64,000 nt of DNA, from the NCBI GenBank assembly GCA_965205335.1, contig OZ242164.1:32001-96000 (forward strand). The letters are read 5' to 3'. A program made the position numbers and the translations under genes. This document shows positions 9,135 to 18,700 of this stretch, in pieces. Position 1 is the stretch's first letter. The number at the start of each line of letters is the position of its first letter. The stretch comes from Candidatus Woesearchaeota archaeon (lineage in GTDB: Archaea; Nanobdellota; Nanobdellia; Woesearchaeales; UBA583). The notes under the pieces were generated by a model. That model saw only the letters and a program-made list of their open reading frames with translations, was not told the origin of the DNA and searched no databases.

Positions 9135-10154
9135 ATGAATAGTAGTAATATGGAAAAAGTACTAAAGAATTTTAAAATTCAAATACTACTTACTTTATTA
9201 TTTAGTTTATTTCTATTTTCTAGTTGTTCTCCTTCAAATGATAGTTCAAATATTGTTGAGCCTATTAAATATGATGAGGTTATTAGTGAACCTGAACTTG
9301 TAGTAGATCAGGAAGAAATAAAAATAGAGACAAAAGAGGAAGAGATTTTTGAAAATAAAAATGAGGATATAGAACAGATACAAGAAGAAGAGGAAAAAGA
9401 GGAATTAGAAGCAATAGAAGAAGAGATAATTATTACAGATGATACAAATTCTATCAATGAAGTTAGTGTTGCTAATTGGAACTTACAGGTATTTGGGAAA
9501 AAGAAATCGTCCAATGAATCTTTATTAGATTTTTATGTAGATATTATCGATGAATATGATATAATTTTTATTCAAGAGATTAGAGATGCTTCTAGAACTG
9601 CATTTCCAAAGTTATGTGATAAACTGCCAGAGTATAATTGTAATATTTCAAGCAGGGCTGGAAGGACTTCAAGTAAAGAACAAATTGGAATTATTTTCAA
9701 AAAGGGTATTGAATTAGTTGAGATGAATGATTTTAATCCTGATGATGAGTTAAAAGACAGGTGGGAAAGACCGCCAGTTCAAGTTGAATTTAAAATTGAG
9801 AATTATACATTGAATATATATAATATTCATATCAAACCAGATGATGTTAAAAATGAGTTAGCATATTTGGAAGAGATAGTTGAAGATAACGGTAACACAC
9901 TATTATTAGGAGATTTTAATGCAGATTGTCGTTATTATTCTAATGAGAAAGAAAAAGAGTTTGATTCTTGGAACTGGATTATTACAGATGATGAAGATAC
10001 AACAGTTTCAGCAACTGATTGTGCCTATGATAGAATAATTATAAATCAAGACTTAACCAATGAGTTTATTAACTATGGTATCTACAAAGAAGGAATTATA
10101 AAAGAAATTTCAGATCATTATTTAGTTTGGGTAAGTTTTAGATTAGATGGATAG
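9135..10154 (+). CDS. Secreted/lipoprotein endonuclease/exonuclease/phosphatase (DNase I-like)
   Basis: Signal/lipobox-like FLFSSC, acidic linker, NWNLQVFG, IQEIRD, GDFNADC, YDRII and SDHY motifs. Confidence 0.9.
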   Translation: MNSSNMEKVLKNFKIQILLTLLFSLFLFSSCSPSNDSSNIVEPIKYDEVISEPELVVDQEEIKIETKEEEIFENKNEDIEQIQEEEEKEELEAIEEEIIITDDTNSINEVSVANWNLQVFGKKKSSNESLLDFYVDIIDEYDIIFIQEIRDASRTAFPKLCDKLPEYNCNISSRAGRTSSKEQIGIIFKKGIELVEMNDFNPDDELKDRWERPPVQVEFKIENYTLNIYNIHIKPDDVKNELAYLEEIVEDNGNTLLLGDFNADCRYYSNEKEKEFDSWNWIITDDEDTTVSATDCAYDRIIINQDLTNEFINYGIYKEGIIKEISDHYLVWVSFRLDG

Positions 10155-10389
10155 TGATAATATTTACTTGCCTTTTTCTAGAAAAAATAAAGGGAATACC
10201 AAAGAGTACAAAAAAATAAATTAACCAAGACCCAGTTACTACTCCAAGAACTATTGAGAGAAAAAAACTAAGAAACCAACCAAAAAATACATTAACTTTT
10301 TGATTTAAATAAGTATTTCTACAATCATAAACATATTTTAACATTTCCTTCTTAGTTCTAAATTCCTTATCTGCAAACCTAAAAACCAT
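10138..10389 (-). pseudogene. Truncated copy of the 39821-40567 membrane protein gene
   Basis: First ~68 aa and promoter nearly identical to 40360-40613. Confidence 0.8.
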
Positions 10390-10536
10390 AAAATAAGTAA
10401 TTATAAAATTATTTATAAAACTTCAGTTTAAAAATTATTTTTATAAGTATAAATTGGTATCAATTCTCAATCTTTCCAATAGACTCATCCATTAGTGCTA
10501 TTTCCTATAATTATACTAGAAACATTAGACAGAGAG

Positions 10537-10573
10537 GGTTCTGTTAAAAATCAGTAGGATATTTAACAGAAAC
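10537..10573. mobile_element. 37-bp IS6-end scar with both termini and no interior
   Basis: GGTTCTGTTAAA-13 nt-TTTAACAGAAAC. Confidence 0.5.
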
Positions 10574-10621
10574 TTGGAATCTGTATATTTATAAATATGT
10601 TATTTATAATAATATTATAAA

Positions 10622-10741
10622 ATGGCAGAATTCAATGGTAAAGGTTACTCAAAAGAGTTCATAAAACAACTATGGAAGGAATCTGAGAAAGGTAAAAGCA
10701 TTCCTTGGGAAGAAGTTGAGGAAGAAATAATGAATTCTTAA
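10622..10741 (+). CDS. Small putative antitoxin
   Basis: MAEFNGKGYSKEFIKQLWKESEKGKSIPWEEVEEEIMNS; G..IPWEEV tail; immediately upstream of a RelE-like gene. Confidence 0.6.
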   Translation: MAEFNGKGYSKEFIKQLWKESEKGKSIPWEEVEEEIMNS

Positions 10742-10742
10742 A

Positions 10743-11110
10743 ATGTGGAAAGTAGAAGTTAAAACAGAAGTACAAAAATTTTAAAAAAAAACAGATAAAA
10801 ATTAAGAGAAAGATTCAAAAAAATAGTATATAACAAACTTCAAAATAAACCTTTACCAAAAGATAAAAAACATATAATTGATTATTACAATGGAAAATTT
10901 TTATGCGAATTTGAAATAGATAAAATTAGATTTTATTATAAAATCTATTATGGTGAAGTTGTTGTTTTTGGTGTTAAGTATGATGGAGTTGTTGATATTT
11001 TTAAAGTGAATAAAGGTCACAAATCTGGTAATAAAAATAATCCTAACCAACAAAGAGACATAAACAAATATAAAAGAGAATTTAGAAGTGAGAGAAAAAA
11101 CAAAAAGTAA
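10743..11110 (+). pseudogene. Frameshifted RelE-like toxin
   Basis: MWKVEVKTEVQKF* then NKPLPKDKKHII...LCEF..KIRFYY...HKSG..QQRDI, paralogous to 24769-25116; indels in T/A runs at ~10780-10800. Confidence 0.65.
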
Positions 11111-11166
11111 TGAGTAAGAACTTCAGAGAAAACTAAATGACAATAAAATTAAATAAATCAAAATTA

Positions 11167-11194
11167 TTTAAGTGAGGAATGATTCACACTTTTA
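11167..11194 (+). repeat. 28-bp 11-6-11 palindrome, copy 3
   Basis: TTTAAGTGAGG-AATGAT-TCACACTTTTA. Confidence 0.65.
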
Positions 11195-11295
11195 AGAATA
11201 GAATTTGAAGTTTTAAGTAAACTAATCCCTTTTATCATATTCTTTAATCCATTTCTTGATTTTTTCATTTGCGAATCTAATTTTTGATGGTAGTT

Positions 11296-11574
11296 TCATT
11301 GTTTGATATTCCAAAATAGATGTTTATTTTTAATATGCTTGTCTATGTTTTCTGGGTAATGAATCCACCCTATTTTATTTTCGGAATCAATAGAGATTTT
11401 TCTTGAGTAAAGCAAATAGTCTAATATTACACAAAAGGTTTGATACATCATTTTTTTTGGGAGATTTTCCCATAAAGCTCTTTTCTTAAATTCTCCGTCA
11501 TATTTTTTTATGAATTTTTCAACCATAAGAACAGTATCAAGTCTTGGGAATCTCAATATTTGTTTTGTTTGCAT
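11296..11574 (-). CDS. Small wHTH-like protein (partner of the RelE-like toxin)
   Basis: PRLDTVLMVE..LW..LPKKMMYQTF..ILDYL; fragments of the same gene precede the RelE-like gene at 35323-35697. Confidence 0.7.
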   Translation of the reverse strand: MQTKQILRFPRLDTVLMVEKFIKKYDGEFKKRALWENLPKKMMYQTFCVILDYLLYSRKISIDSENKIGWIHYPENIDKHIKNKHLFWNIKQ

Positions 11575-11878
11575 GTTATATTAAGTGATATAACATAATA
11601 TTTAAATCTTTCGTTTTTCTTCTTCTATTTTAATCTTCTCCACTCTTTTTCTCCTTCAAAACTGTTTAAGGAATCTTCTAACTTGCTGTATCTCTTGAGG
11701 TAATTGCATCTCTATCTCTGGATTTAATTGTATAATATCCATATATAGAATGGACTTTAATACACCTTAATTTTGGTCAAAATTAAAGTCCAAAGTATTG
11801 AGAATATGCTTACTATTGAATAATTACAAGAATTGATGAAGTTTATATATTAATGAATACTTATAATATTAGGTTAAA

Positions 11879-12028
11879 ATGGATAGCGTTACAATTCCAA
11901 AAAGCGAATATCTTAAAATGAAAAGCGAAATTAAAACATTAAGAGATTCCGAATTATATAAAAAAATCTTGAAATCTAAAGAAGAATTAAAGAAAAAAGC
12001 ATATACTAGAAAAGATTTAGGATTTTAA
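11879..12028 (+). CDS. Small putative antitoxin
   Basis: MDSVTIPKSEYLKMK...KKKAYTRKDLGF. Confidence 0.55.
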   Translation: MDSVTIPKSEYLKMKSEIKTLRDSELYKKILKSKEELKKKAYTRKDLGF

Positions 12029-12332
12029 TTATTTCTTTTCTTTTTAATGAATTTAGTAATTTTTGATTTTCTTTACTTTTTTTCATTTCAAAATCAATAA
12101 TTTCTGCTTTATTACCTTCAAATATGACTTCAAAATATAGTCTTAATGGAGGTTTTTTGGATTTCATTTCATATAAATTAATAACTGGGTCAAGTAATTT
12201 TCCTGCATCAGGCCCTTTTTCTTCAATTTTATCTAACATTTTAGATACTAAAGTTTTAAGGTCTGATTTTTTCTCTAATTTTTTAAGTTTTTTCAGGATA
12301 CTCTCTCCAAATATTAATTCATATTTACTCAT
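12006..12332 (-). CDS. RelE/ParE-like toxin
   Basis: YELIF..KKLKKL...GPDAGKLL..LYEMK..PLRLYF. Confidence 0.7.
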   Translation of the reverse strand: MSKYELIFGESILKKLKKLEKKSDLKTLVSKMLDKIEEKGPDAGKLLDPVINLYEMKSKKPPLRLYFEVIFEGNKAEIIDFEMKKSKENQKLLNSLKRKEIIKILNLF

Positions 12333-12334
12333 TT

Positions 12335-12574
12335 TTGTTTAATTTCTTCTCTATTTTTTTGATATATGCATTAAGGATAAGCAAAGATATAGAAAGTAAT
12401 ATGAGATTATTACCAATAGATTTGCATATCATAGAATTCACAATTGGAGAGTTTTCAAGTATGTTAGATTCAAAGAAAGAAAGTGTTGTAACAGAGATAG
12501 TAAAAAGCAATATAATTCTTAATGGCACAGAAGATTATTATAGATTAACAGCGAAGTATCACCAAAATGATTGA
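12335..12574 (+). pseudogene. C-terminal remnant of a nucleotidyltransferase (MNT antitoxin)
   Basis: EF..ML..KESVVTEIVKSNIILNGTEDYYRL tail directly upstream of a HEPN gene. Confidence 0.5.
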
Positions 12575-12809
12575 TAAGAATAGAGAGAAGGAAGCAAGAA
12601 GTAATTATGGGGTGTATTTAAATCAAGGCTTGATTAAAAGAGAAGAATTTAAGAGGATTATATTTGAAACTTATATGAGAAACTATAAAGAATCATTAAA
12701 TGTAACTCAAAAACTGTATATAGATAATACTTCAAGTTTGTGGGTAATAGTTAGCAGTTATTATTCTATGTTTTATCTTGCAAATGCTGTAATATATACT
12801 CCTATTTAA
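12567..12809 (+). pseudogene. Truncated HEPN-domain protein
   Basis: WVIVSSYYSMFYLANA motif; ends before the Rx4H region. Confidence 0.65.
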
Positions 12810-12867
12810 AGCCAAAGTTACAATATTAAGTACTAAATAAGAATTCATATGAAATTTTATATTTATA

Positions 12868-15300
12868 CTATCTTCCCACCTTCAAATATTTATGTAAACT
12901 TGGATCAATTTCTTTTTCCACAGCATCTTGATTCTCTCTCGACACAACTATTCCTTTCGCAGTGAAAAAAGAAGGGAGATTCAATTCCTCTGCACTCTGT
13001 GCATACAAAAAACCACCAACGCTCTGGAGAACAGGAAAATACAAAGAGGTTGCCCACCCTGTATACAAATAACTACTAACTCTCTGGAGAGCAGGAAAAG
13101 ACAAAGAGGTTGCATTCACTGCACTCAAATGATCCTCCTGAGAGTTACCAACACTCTGGAGAACAGGAAGAGACAGAGAGGTTGTACTATCTGCAATCAA
13201 ACTGCCTCCAACTCTCCGGAGAACAGGAAAAGACAAAGAGGTTGCATTCCCTGCACGCAAATTCTTACCAACGCTCTGGAGAAAAGGAAGAGACATAGAG
13301 GTTGCATTCCATGCCTCCAAATTCCTACCAGCTCTCCGGAGAACAGGAAGAGACAGAGAGGTTGCACTCTCTGCGCGCAAATCACCACCAACACTCTGGA
13401 GAACAGGAAGAGACATAGAGGTTGCATTCCATGCCTCCAAATTCCTATCAACACTCCGGAGAACTGGAAGAGACAAAGAGATTGCGCTATGTACAATCAA
13501 ATCTCCACCAACACTTTTGAGAACAGGAAGAGGCATAGAGGTTGCACTCTGTGCCTTCAAATCACCACCAACACTCTGGAGAACAAGAAGAGACATAGAG
13601 GTTGCACTCTCTGCACGCAAACTATCACCAACACTTTTGAGAACAGGAAGAGACAGAGAGGTTGCACTCTGTGCATTCAAATCCACACCAACACTTTTGA
13701 GAACAGGAAGAGACAGAGAGGTTGCACTCGGTGCATACAAACCACCTCCAACTCTCCGGAGAACAGGAAGAGACAGAGAGGTTGCCCCTGCACGCAAACT
13801 ATCACCAACACTTTTGAGAACAGGAAGAGACAGAGAGGTTGCACTCTGTGCATTCAAATCCACACCAACACTCTGGAGAACAGGAAGAGACAGAGAGGTT
13901 GCACTCCATGCATTCAAAAAACCACCGACATATTTAAGCCTTTTATATGAAACTTCTTCCTTAGATTCATCAATGACATTTCCTTTAATTTCCTCTATTT
14001 TATCTTTCTTTTTATAACTCAAATCCGTAAGATCACAGTCAATCCTCGGATATGAAAGGCACTTTTTCACTTTTCCATAATTACTGTCACTTATCTCAAT
14101 ACTCCCTGTAATTATAGAATCACTTTCATCTACGTCTAATATATTTTCTCTTCCCTTATGTGTTAAGGCTTCCCCTGATTTGAGTTGAATTCCATCTAAA
14201 TTCCGTATATTCACAATCTCAACCTTATCAATTAAATTCTTAAGAAAATCTAAAAATGATTCAAAATAATATTCATCTCCTCTAGGTATGGCATTATTTC
14301 TTCCTCTAATCAGCACTATTGTTTTGCTCTTTATATCATATTCTACTGTTAACAAAAAGGAATTGTCTATTTTTCGAAAGGAATATATTTCAGTTCTTCC
14401 ACGTATAATGTCCTCAATGTGATGATTGCTTGTTCCAATGCAATGGTCTGAATTCACACTTTCTTCATTTAAATGAGTTCTTGAAACTAATTTAACTAAT
14501 TTGTATTCCCCATCTTCAAATATTGTCTCCGGCTCAGCTTCTTTAGATTTCATTAAATTTCTTCTTAATTCACTTGTGTGCAAGCTTAATACCTGTTTGA
14601 TATCTATTGAGATATTGTTTAGAAAACCATTTTCTGTAGATTTTTCATATTCAGATACTGCATCGCATAGATTTGGAATGTCTAATTTGGATTTTGAGGA
14701 TATGAATCCGGATAAACGGATTTTTAAGTAATGTTTCTGTTTTGCGGTTAGATTAAAACCTCTTTCCTGTAAACCTGTCTCAATTTCTTCCAAGGCTTTA
14801 TTTATGTTTTCAGTTTGAGAGTTTCCCTTAGGTCCGTACATATGAAGATGAGAGATTAGTTTTCTTAGGGTTATTTTACCCCCCTTACTTTTTAGATTAT
14901 CCATATCAAAAATGTCATGGAAGTATTTGCTCAAATTTTCAAGTTCAGAACGGTAAATCCTGATTCTCACATTTAAATCTTCTGAGTTAAGTCCTTCTGT
15001 CTTCTCCTCATTATTAAATAACGAGAGTAGAAATTCAGTTTGATCTTTTAGAAATTTGATAAGATTTCTTAGAGTTCTCAAATCAATGTTTCTTGAAAAT
15101 TTGCTTTCCTTGACTTTATTTATTAATTCAGTTAATTTTTCGTATAATTTGTTTTTCTGCTCTATAAGGTTAGATAAGTCAGATAATTCAATTGAATGGG
15201 ATGACAGGAAATTCTCAAGTTCTTGAGATTTATTTAAGATTCCTTCAAATTCTGAAAGTTTTTCTTTCAGTTCTAATAATATTGTTTCAACTTTGGACAT
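12868..15300 (-). CDS. Coiled-coil + PcfJ-like domain + 20-aa LRR-like beta-solenoid repeat protein
   Basis: LNEES..DHCIG..IYSFR..TVEY..IRGRNN (PcfJ-like); ~16 repeats of GxxLxAxSATSLSLPVLxSV. Confidence 0.8.
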   Translation of the reverse strand: MSKVETILLELKEKLSEFEGILNKSQELENFLSSHSIELSDLSNLIEQKNKLYEKLTELINKVKESKFSRNIDLRTLRNLIKFLKDQTEFLLSLFNNEEKTEGLNSEDLNVRIRIYRSELENLSKYFHDIFDMDNLKSKGGKITLRKLISHLHMYGPKGNSQTENINKALEEIETGLQERGFNLTAKQKHYLKIRLSGFISSKSKLDIPNLCDAVSEYEKSTENGFLNNISIDIKQVLSLHTSELRRNLMKSKEAEPETIFEDGEYKLVKLVSRTHLNEESVNSDHCIGTSNHHIEDIIRGRTEIYSFRKIDNSFLLTVEYDIKSKTIVLIRGRNNAIPRGDEYYFESFLDFLKNLIDKVEIVNIRNLDGIQLKSGEALTHKGRENILDVDESDSIITGSIEISDSNYGKVKKCLSYPRIDCDLTDLSYKKKDKIEEIKGNVIDESKEEVSYKRLKYVGGFLNAWSATSLSLPVLQSVGVDLNAQSATSLSLPVLKSVGDSLRAGATSLSLPVLRRVGGGLYAPSATSLSLPVLKSVGVDLNAQSATSLSLPVLKSVGDSLRAESATSMSLLVLQSVGGDLKAQSATSMPLPVLKSVGGDLIVHSAISLSLPVLRSVDRNLEAWNATSMSLPVLQSVGGDLRAESATSLSLPVLRRAGRNLEAWNATSMSLPFLQSVGKNLRAGNATSLSFPVLRRVGGSLIADSTTSLSLPVLQSVGNSQEDHLSAVNATSLSFPALQRVSSYLYTGWATSLYFPVLQSVGGFLYAQSAEELNLPSFFTAKGIVVSRENQDAVEKEIDPSLHKYLKVGR
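12975..13935 (-). repeat. 60-bp coding tandem repeat (~16 units)
   Basis: gagaacaggaagagacagagaggttgcac recurs every 60 nt, with one 57-nt and one 72-nt unit. Confidence 0.95.
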
Positions 15301-15344
15301 AATATCAAAACAAATAAATATTTTTATAAATGTTTGTTTTTATC

Positions 15345-15472
15345 GGCTCTGTCCATAAATTGTTTCTTCCGAAATTCATACTAATTATATTTATTCAAAG
15401 AAGAAAATTATTTGTCAAAAATTACTTTATTGATACAATATTTTGAGTCTCCTTGAATTTATGGACAGAGCC
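15345..15472. mobile_element. 128-bp MITE (IS5-derived family), full copy
   Basis: TIR GGCTCTGTCCATAAATT / AATTTATGGACAGAGCC, same as the ends of the IS at 62654-63684; no TSD. Confidence 0.9.
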
Positions 15473-15523
15473 TACATTGGTAAATATTTATAAATTATAA
15501 TCAAATTCCTATTTATATAAAAA

Positions 15524-15721
15524 ATGGACATTCATGAGGAAAGCCAATCATATATAGAAATGTCATACAAAAGAGCATTATCTTTAGTTAAAAAATACAA
15601 TTATTGGGAAGAAATTCAGTTTTACAGAAATAGAAATCTAAGAACAATTGAAGATATTTCTTGGGAACTATGTAGGAAAATCCTAAATGGGATGGAAGAG
15701 GAAGAACAAGATGGAAACTAA
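15524..15721 (+). CDS. Small hypothetical protein upstream of the helicase
   Basis: 65-aa ORF after a TATA-like box, overlapping the helicase start. Confidence 0.5.
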   Translation: MDIHEESQSYIEMSYKRALSLVKKYNYWEEIQFYRNRNLRTIEDISWELCRKILNGMEEEEQDGN

Positions 15722-18700
15722 GCAAGTCTTGAAAAAGAAATCAGAATACTGGAAAAAGAAACTAATTGACTTATCTAAAAGAAATAATCTCGTATCATAT
15801 AGATTTACTAAATCAAAATCAATTAAAATTACCGAACCTCAAATATCTCAACTCTTAACTGATTTGTATGATGAAAAAAATATCTTCTTTGCCAAGACTA
15901 AGAAAAAAGAACTGAAAGATAGACTTTGGAGAGGTTCTGAAGAAGACGAAATAACTGAGCGTAAATTAGTATCATTATATCATAAAATAAGAGAAAACTT
16001 TCAAGAATTGGGAATTAACTCTTGCTTTGTAAGTTTATACTCTTTAAAATATAAAGAGAATCAGAGGTCAGAAGACTATTTTTCAGCACCATTATTCTTA
16101 TTTCCAGTTAATATAGAACGGTTGAGTTATACATCTCAGGAAGTACATAAATTTGAGATAATATCTGGCTCAGATGATTTAAGAGTTAATCCAGCATTAG
16201 TTGAAAAACTTAGCAATGATTTTGGAATCAAAGTTCCTGAGTTCAATGGTGAAATTGAAGATTTCATAACCAAATTTGAGAGAGTGATTTCTGGAAGAGA
16301 TAAATGGAAAATTACTACTGATTGTTACTTAGACGTATTCTCGTATCAAAAATACATAATGTATACCGACTTAGAAGAGCACCAAAAACTTCTTTCAGAA
16401 AGTGAACTAATAAAAGGTTATGTTGGAGATAGAAATGCTCTTCAAGATGACATTGCAGAATCTCAAAGGGATGAATTTGCGGATGATACAAACGGAGTGG
16501 ATGTTTTGTCAGCAGACTCCAGTCAAAAGAAAGCTATTGAATTGGCTAAAGCAGGAGTTACATTTGTTCTTCAAGGACCTCCAGGAACCGGAAAAAGTCA
16601 AACAATTGCAAATATGATTGCTGCACTGATGGAGCAAAAAAAGAAGATTCTATTCGTAAGTCAGAAAATGGCAGCTCTTAATGTTGTTCAAAAAAAACTT
16701 GATGATATTGGACTTGGAAGATATTGTTTGAATCTTCACAATTACAAAGGAAATAAGAAAGAGATTGTTCAACAACTTATGAGTGAACTTGAAACTTCTC
16801 CAGTGATAAAAGAATTTGTTAAAAGATATTCTTTTACAACATATATTGAAAATCAAAAAAAAATAAATACTTATTATGATTTCTTATGTAAAAAACACAA
16901 ACCACGTAATTTTTCAATATATGATATAAGAGGGGAATTAGCAAAACTTCTCGATGTAGATTTAATAACACAAGAATTAAAAGAAAGTCTTGAATTTACT
17001 GAAGAACGATTTAGCCACTCATTAAATATCGTTGATAAGATTGACCATATCAGAAAAGAAATCTCAAATCCATTGAATAGTGTCTATTTCAATTTCAAGA
17101 AAGAAAAAAATACAAACATTCAAAGAGAGAAACTGAAAAGTTCTATTAAGGAATTATCTAAAGGCTCTTTTGTTATTGACAAATTAACATTCGATATTAA
17201 AAAACAAACAAAAATAGAAGTTTCTAATATAGAGTTATTAAGTGAATTATCTTCTCAACATAGAGATTTCTTAAAAATTAAGGATCTTCCAGAATTTTTG
17301 TGCGATAAAGATTTTTATGAATATCAAAAGTTAATTACTAAACTATTAGAGGCTCAACTACAGATTGATGAGTCATTAAAGTTATTGGGCGAATCCGTCA
17401 AAGATGAATTTTTAGATATGAATATCAAGAAGTATAAGGTATTATTTGAAAGCACAAATGTTCTTAGCAGATTGTTTAATAAAGAGTATAAATATGCCAA
17501 AATTGAGCTTCAAAAATATTCTAAAACCGAGCTCAAGCACAAGGATTGGATAAGTGTATTTAATTACCGAGAAGAATTAGAGTCCAAGCAGAAAATTCAT
17601 AAAAAACAAGTTGAATCTGAACCAAAGTTAATTATGAATTTAGGAAATGTCTCAAATAGTAATAACTTAAGTAAGTTAAATTCATTTGTTGAATCAATCA
17701 AACCATTCCACAAATGGGCAACGTCAATAGATTCAAAGAAGCAATTTAATCTCATTAAATACTTTTTCAATAACAAAGATAGTTTAGTTGAAGTTAATCA
17801 ATTCATTAAACTAACAGAGAACTTACAGGTGTTCTTTGAGATAGATTTGTTTGATAAGAAAGAAGATTTGAATATAATTCAGAACAACATCATTCAACTT
17901 TTAGACCAAAAGAATAAAATAGATTCTATTCTTATTTTCAAACAAGAATTCTATGGCTTGTCTAAAGAGATTCAAGATTTTGTATACAAGTATTTTGAAG
18001 TAGATCCAAAATATTCCCTCAAGGATGTTTTCTTAAAATCATATTTTATTCAACTATTAGATAAAATCTTAGCAAATGAATCTATTCAGACTCCAAAATT
18101 AGAAATAGAACAGTTTAGAGCATTAGATATGGAAATTAGAGATATTAAACGTTTCAAAATTATGGACTCAGTTGAACAAGACCAGCCATCTTATAATTAT
18201 CCAAGCAAGGGATTAAATGAAGTTTCTATTCTAAAACGGGAAGCTGAGAAAAAAAGAAGACTAAAGCCAATTCGTGATTTACTTGAACATATTCCAAACT
18301 TAGTATTTACACTCAAACCCTGTTTTATGATGAGTCCTCTATCAGTAAGTCAATATATCAATCCTCAAAGTATGAAGTTTGATGTAGTTATCTTTGATGA
18401 GGCTTCTCAAATTATGCCTGAAGATGCAGTTCCTTGTTTACTTAGAGCAAAACAAGCAATTGTTGTAGGAGATACTAAACAACTGCCACCTACATCATTC
18501 TTTATGAATAGAAATGATGAAGACATAGAAGAAGAAATTGAGGACTTAGAAAGTTTCTTATCTGAATGTAGCACCAAATTTAGAACAAAACGATTACTTT
18601 GGCATTATAGAAGCAGAAATGAACATTTGATTGCATTCTCAAATAGATTTTTCTATGAAAATAGACTCATCACATTTCCCAATGCAAGAGAAAGTGATGG

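Noticed and set aside
12975-13935. Constant/variable 60-bp periodicity resembling a CRISPR or guide array
   Set aside because: Units keep the reading frame of an 810-aa ORF, variable parts are related to each other, and no cas or Nop-domain genes are present.
12928-14017. Plus-strand ORFs 12928-13950 (CxxC-rich) and 13517-14017
   Set aside because: Antisense shadows of the repeat region, with no independent start or promoter evidence.
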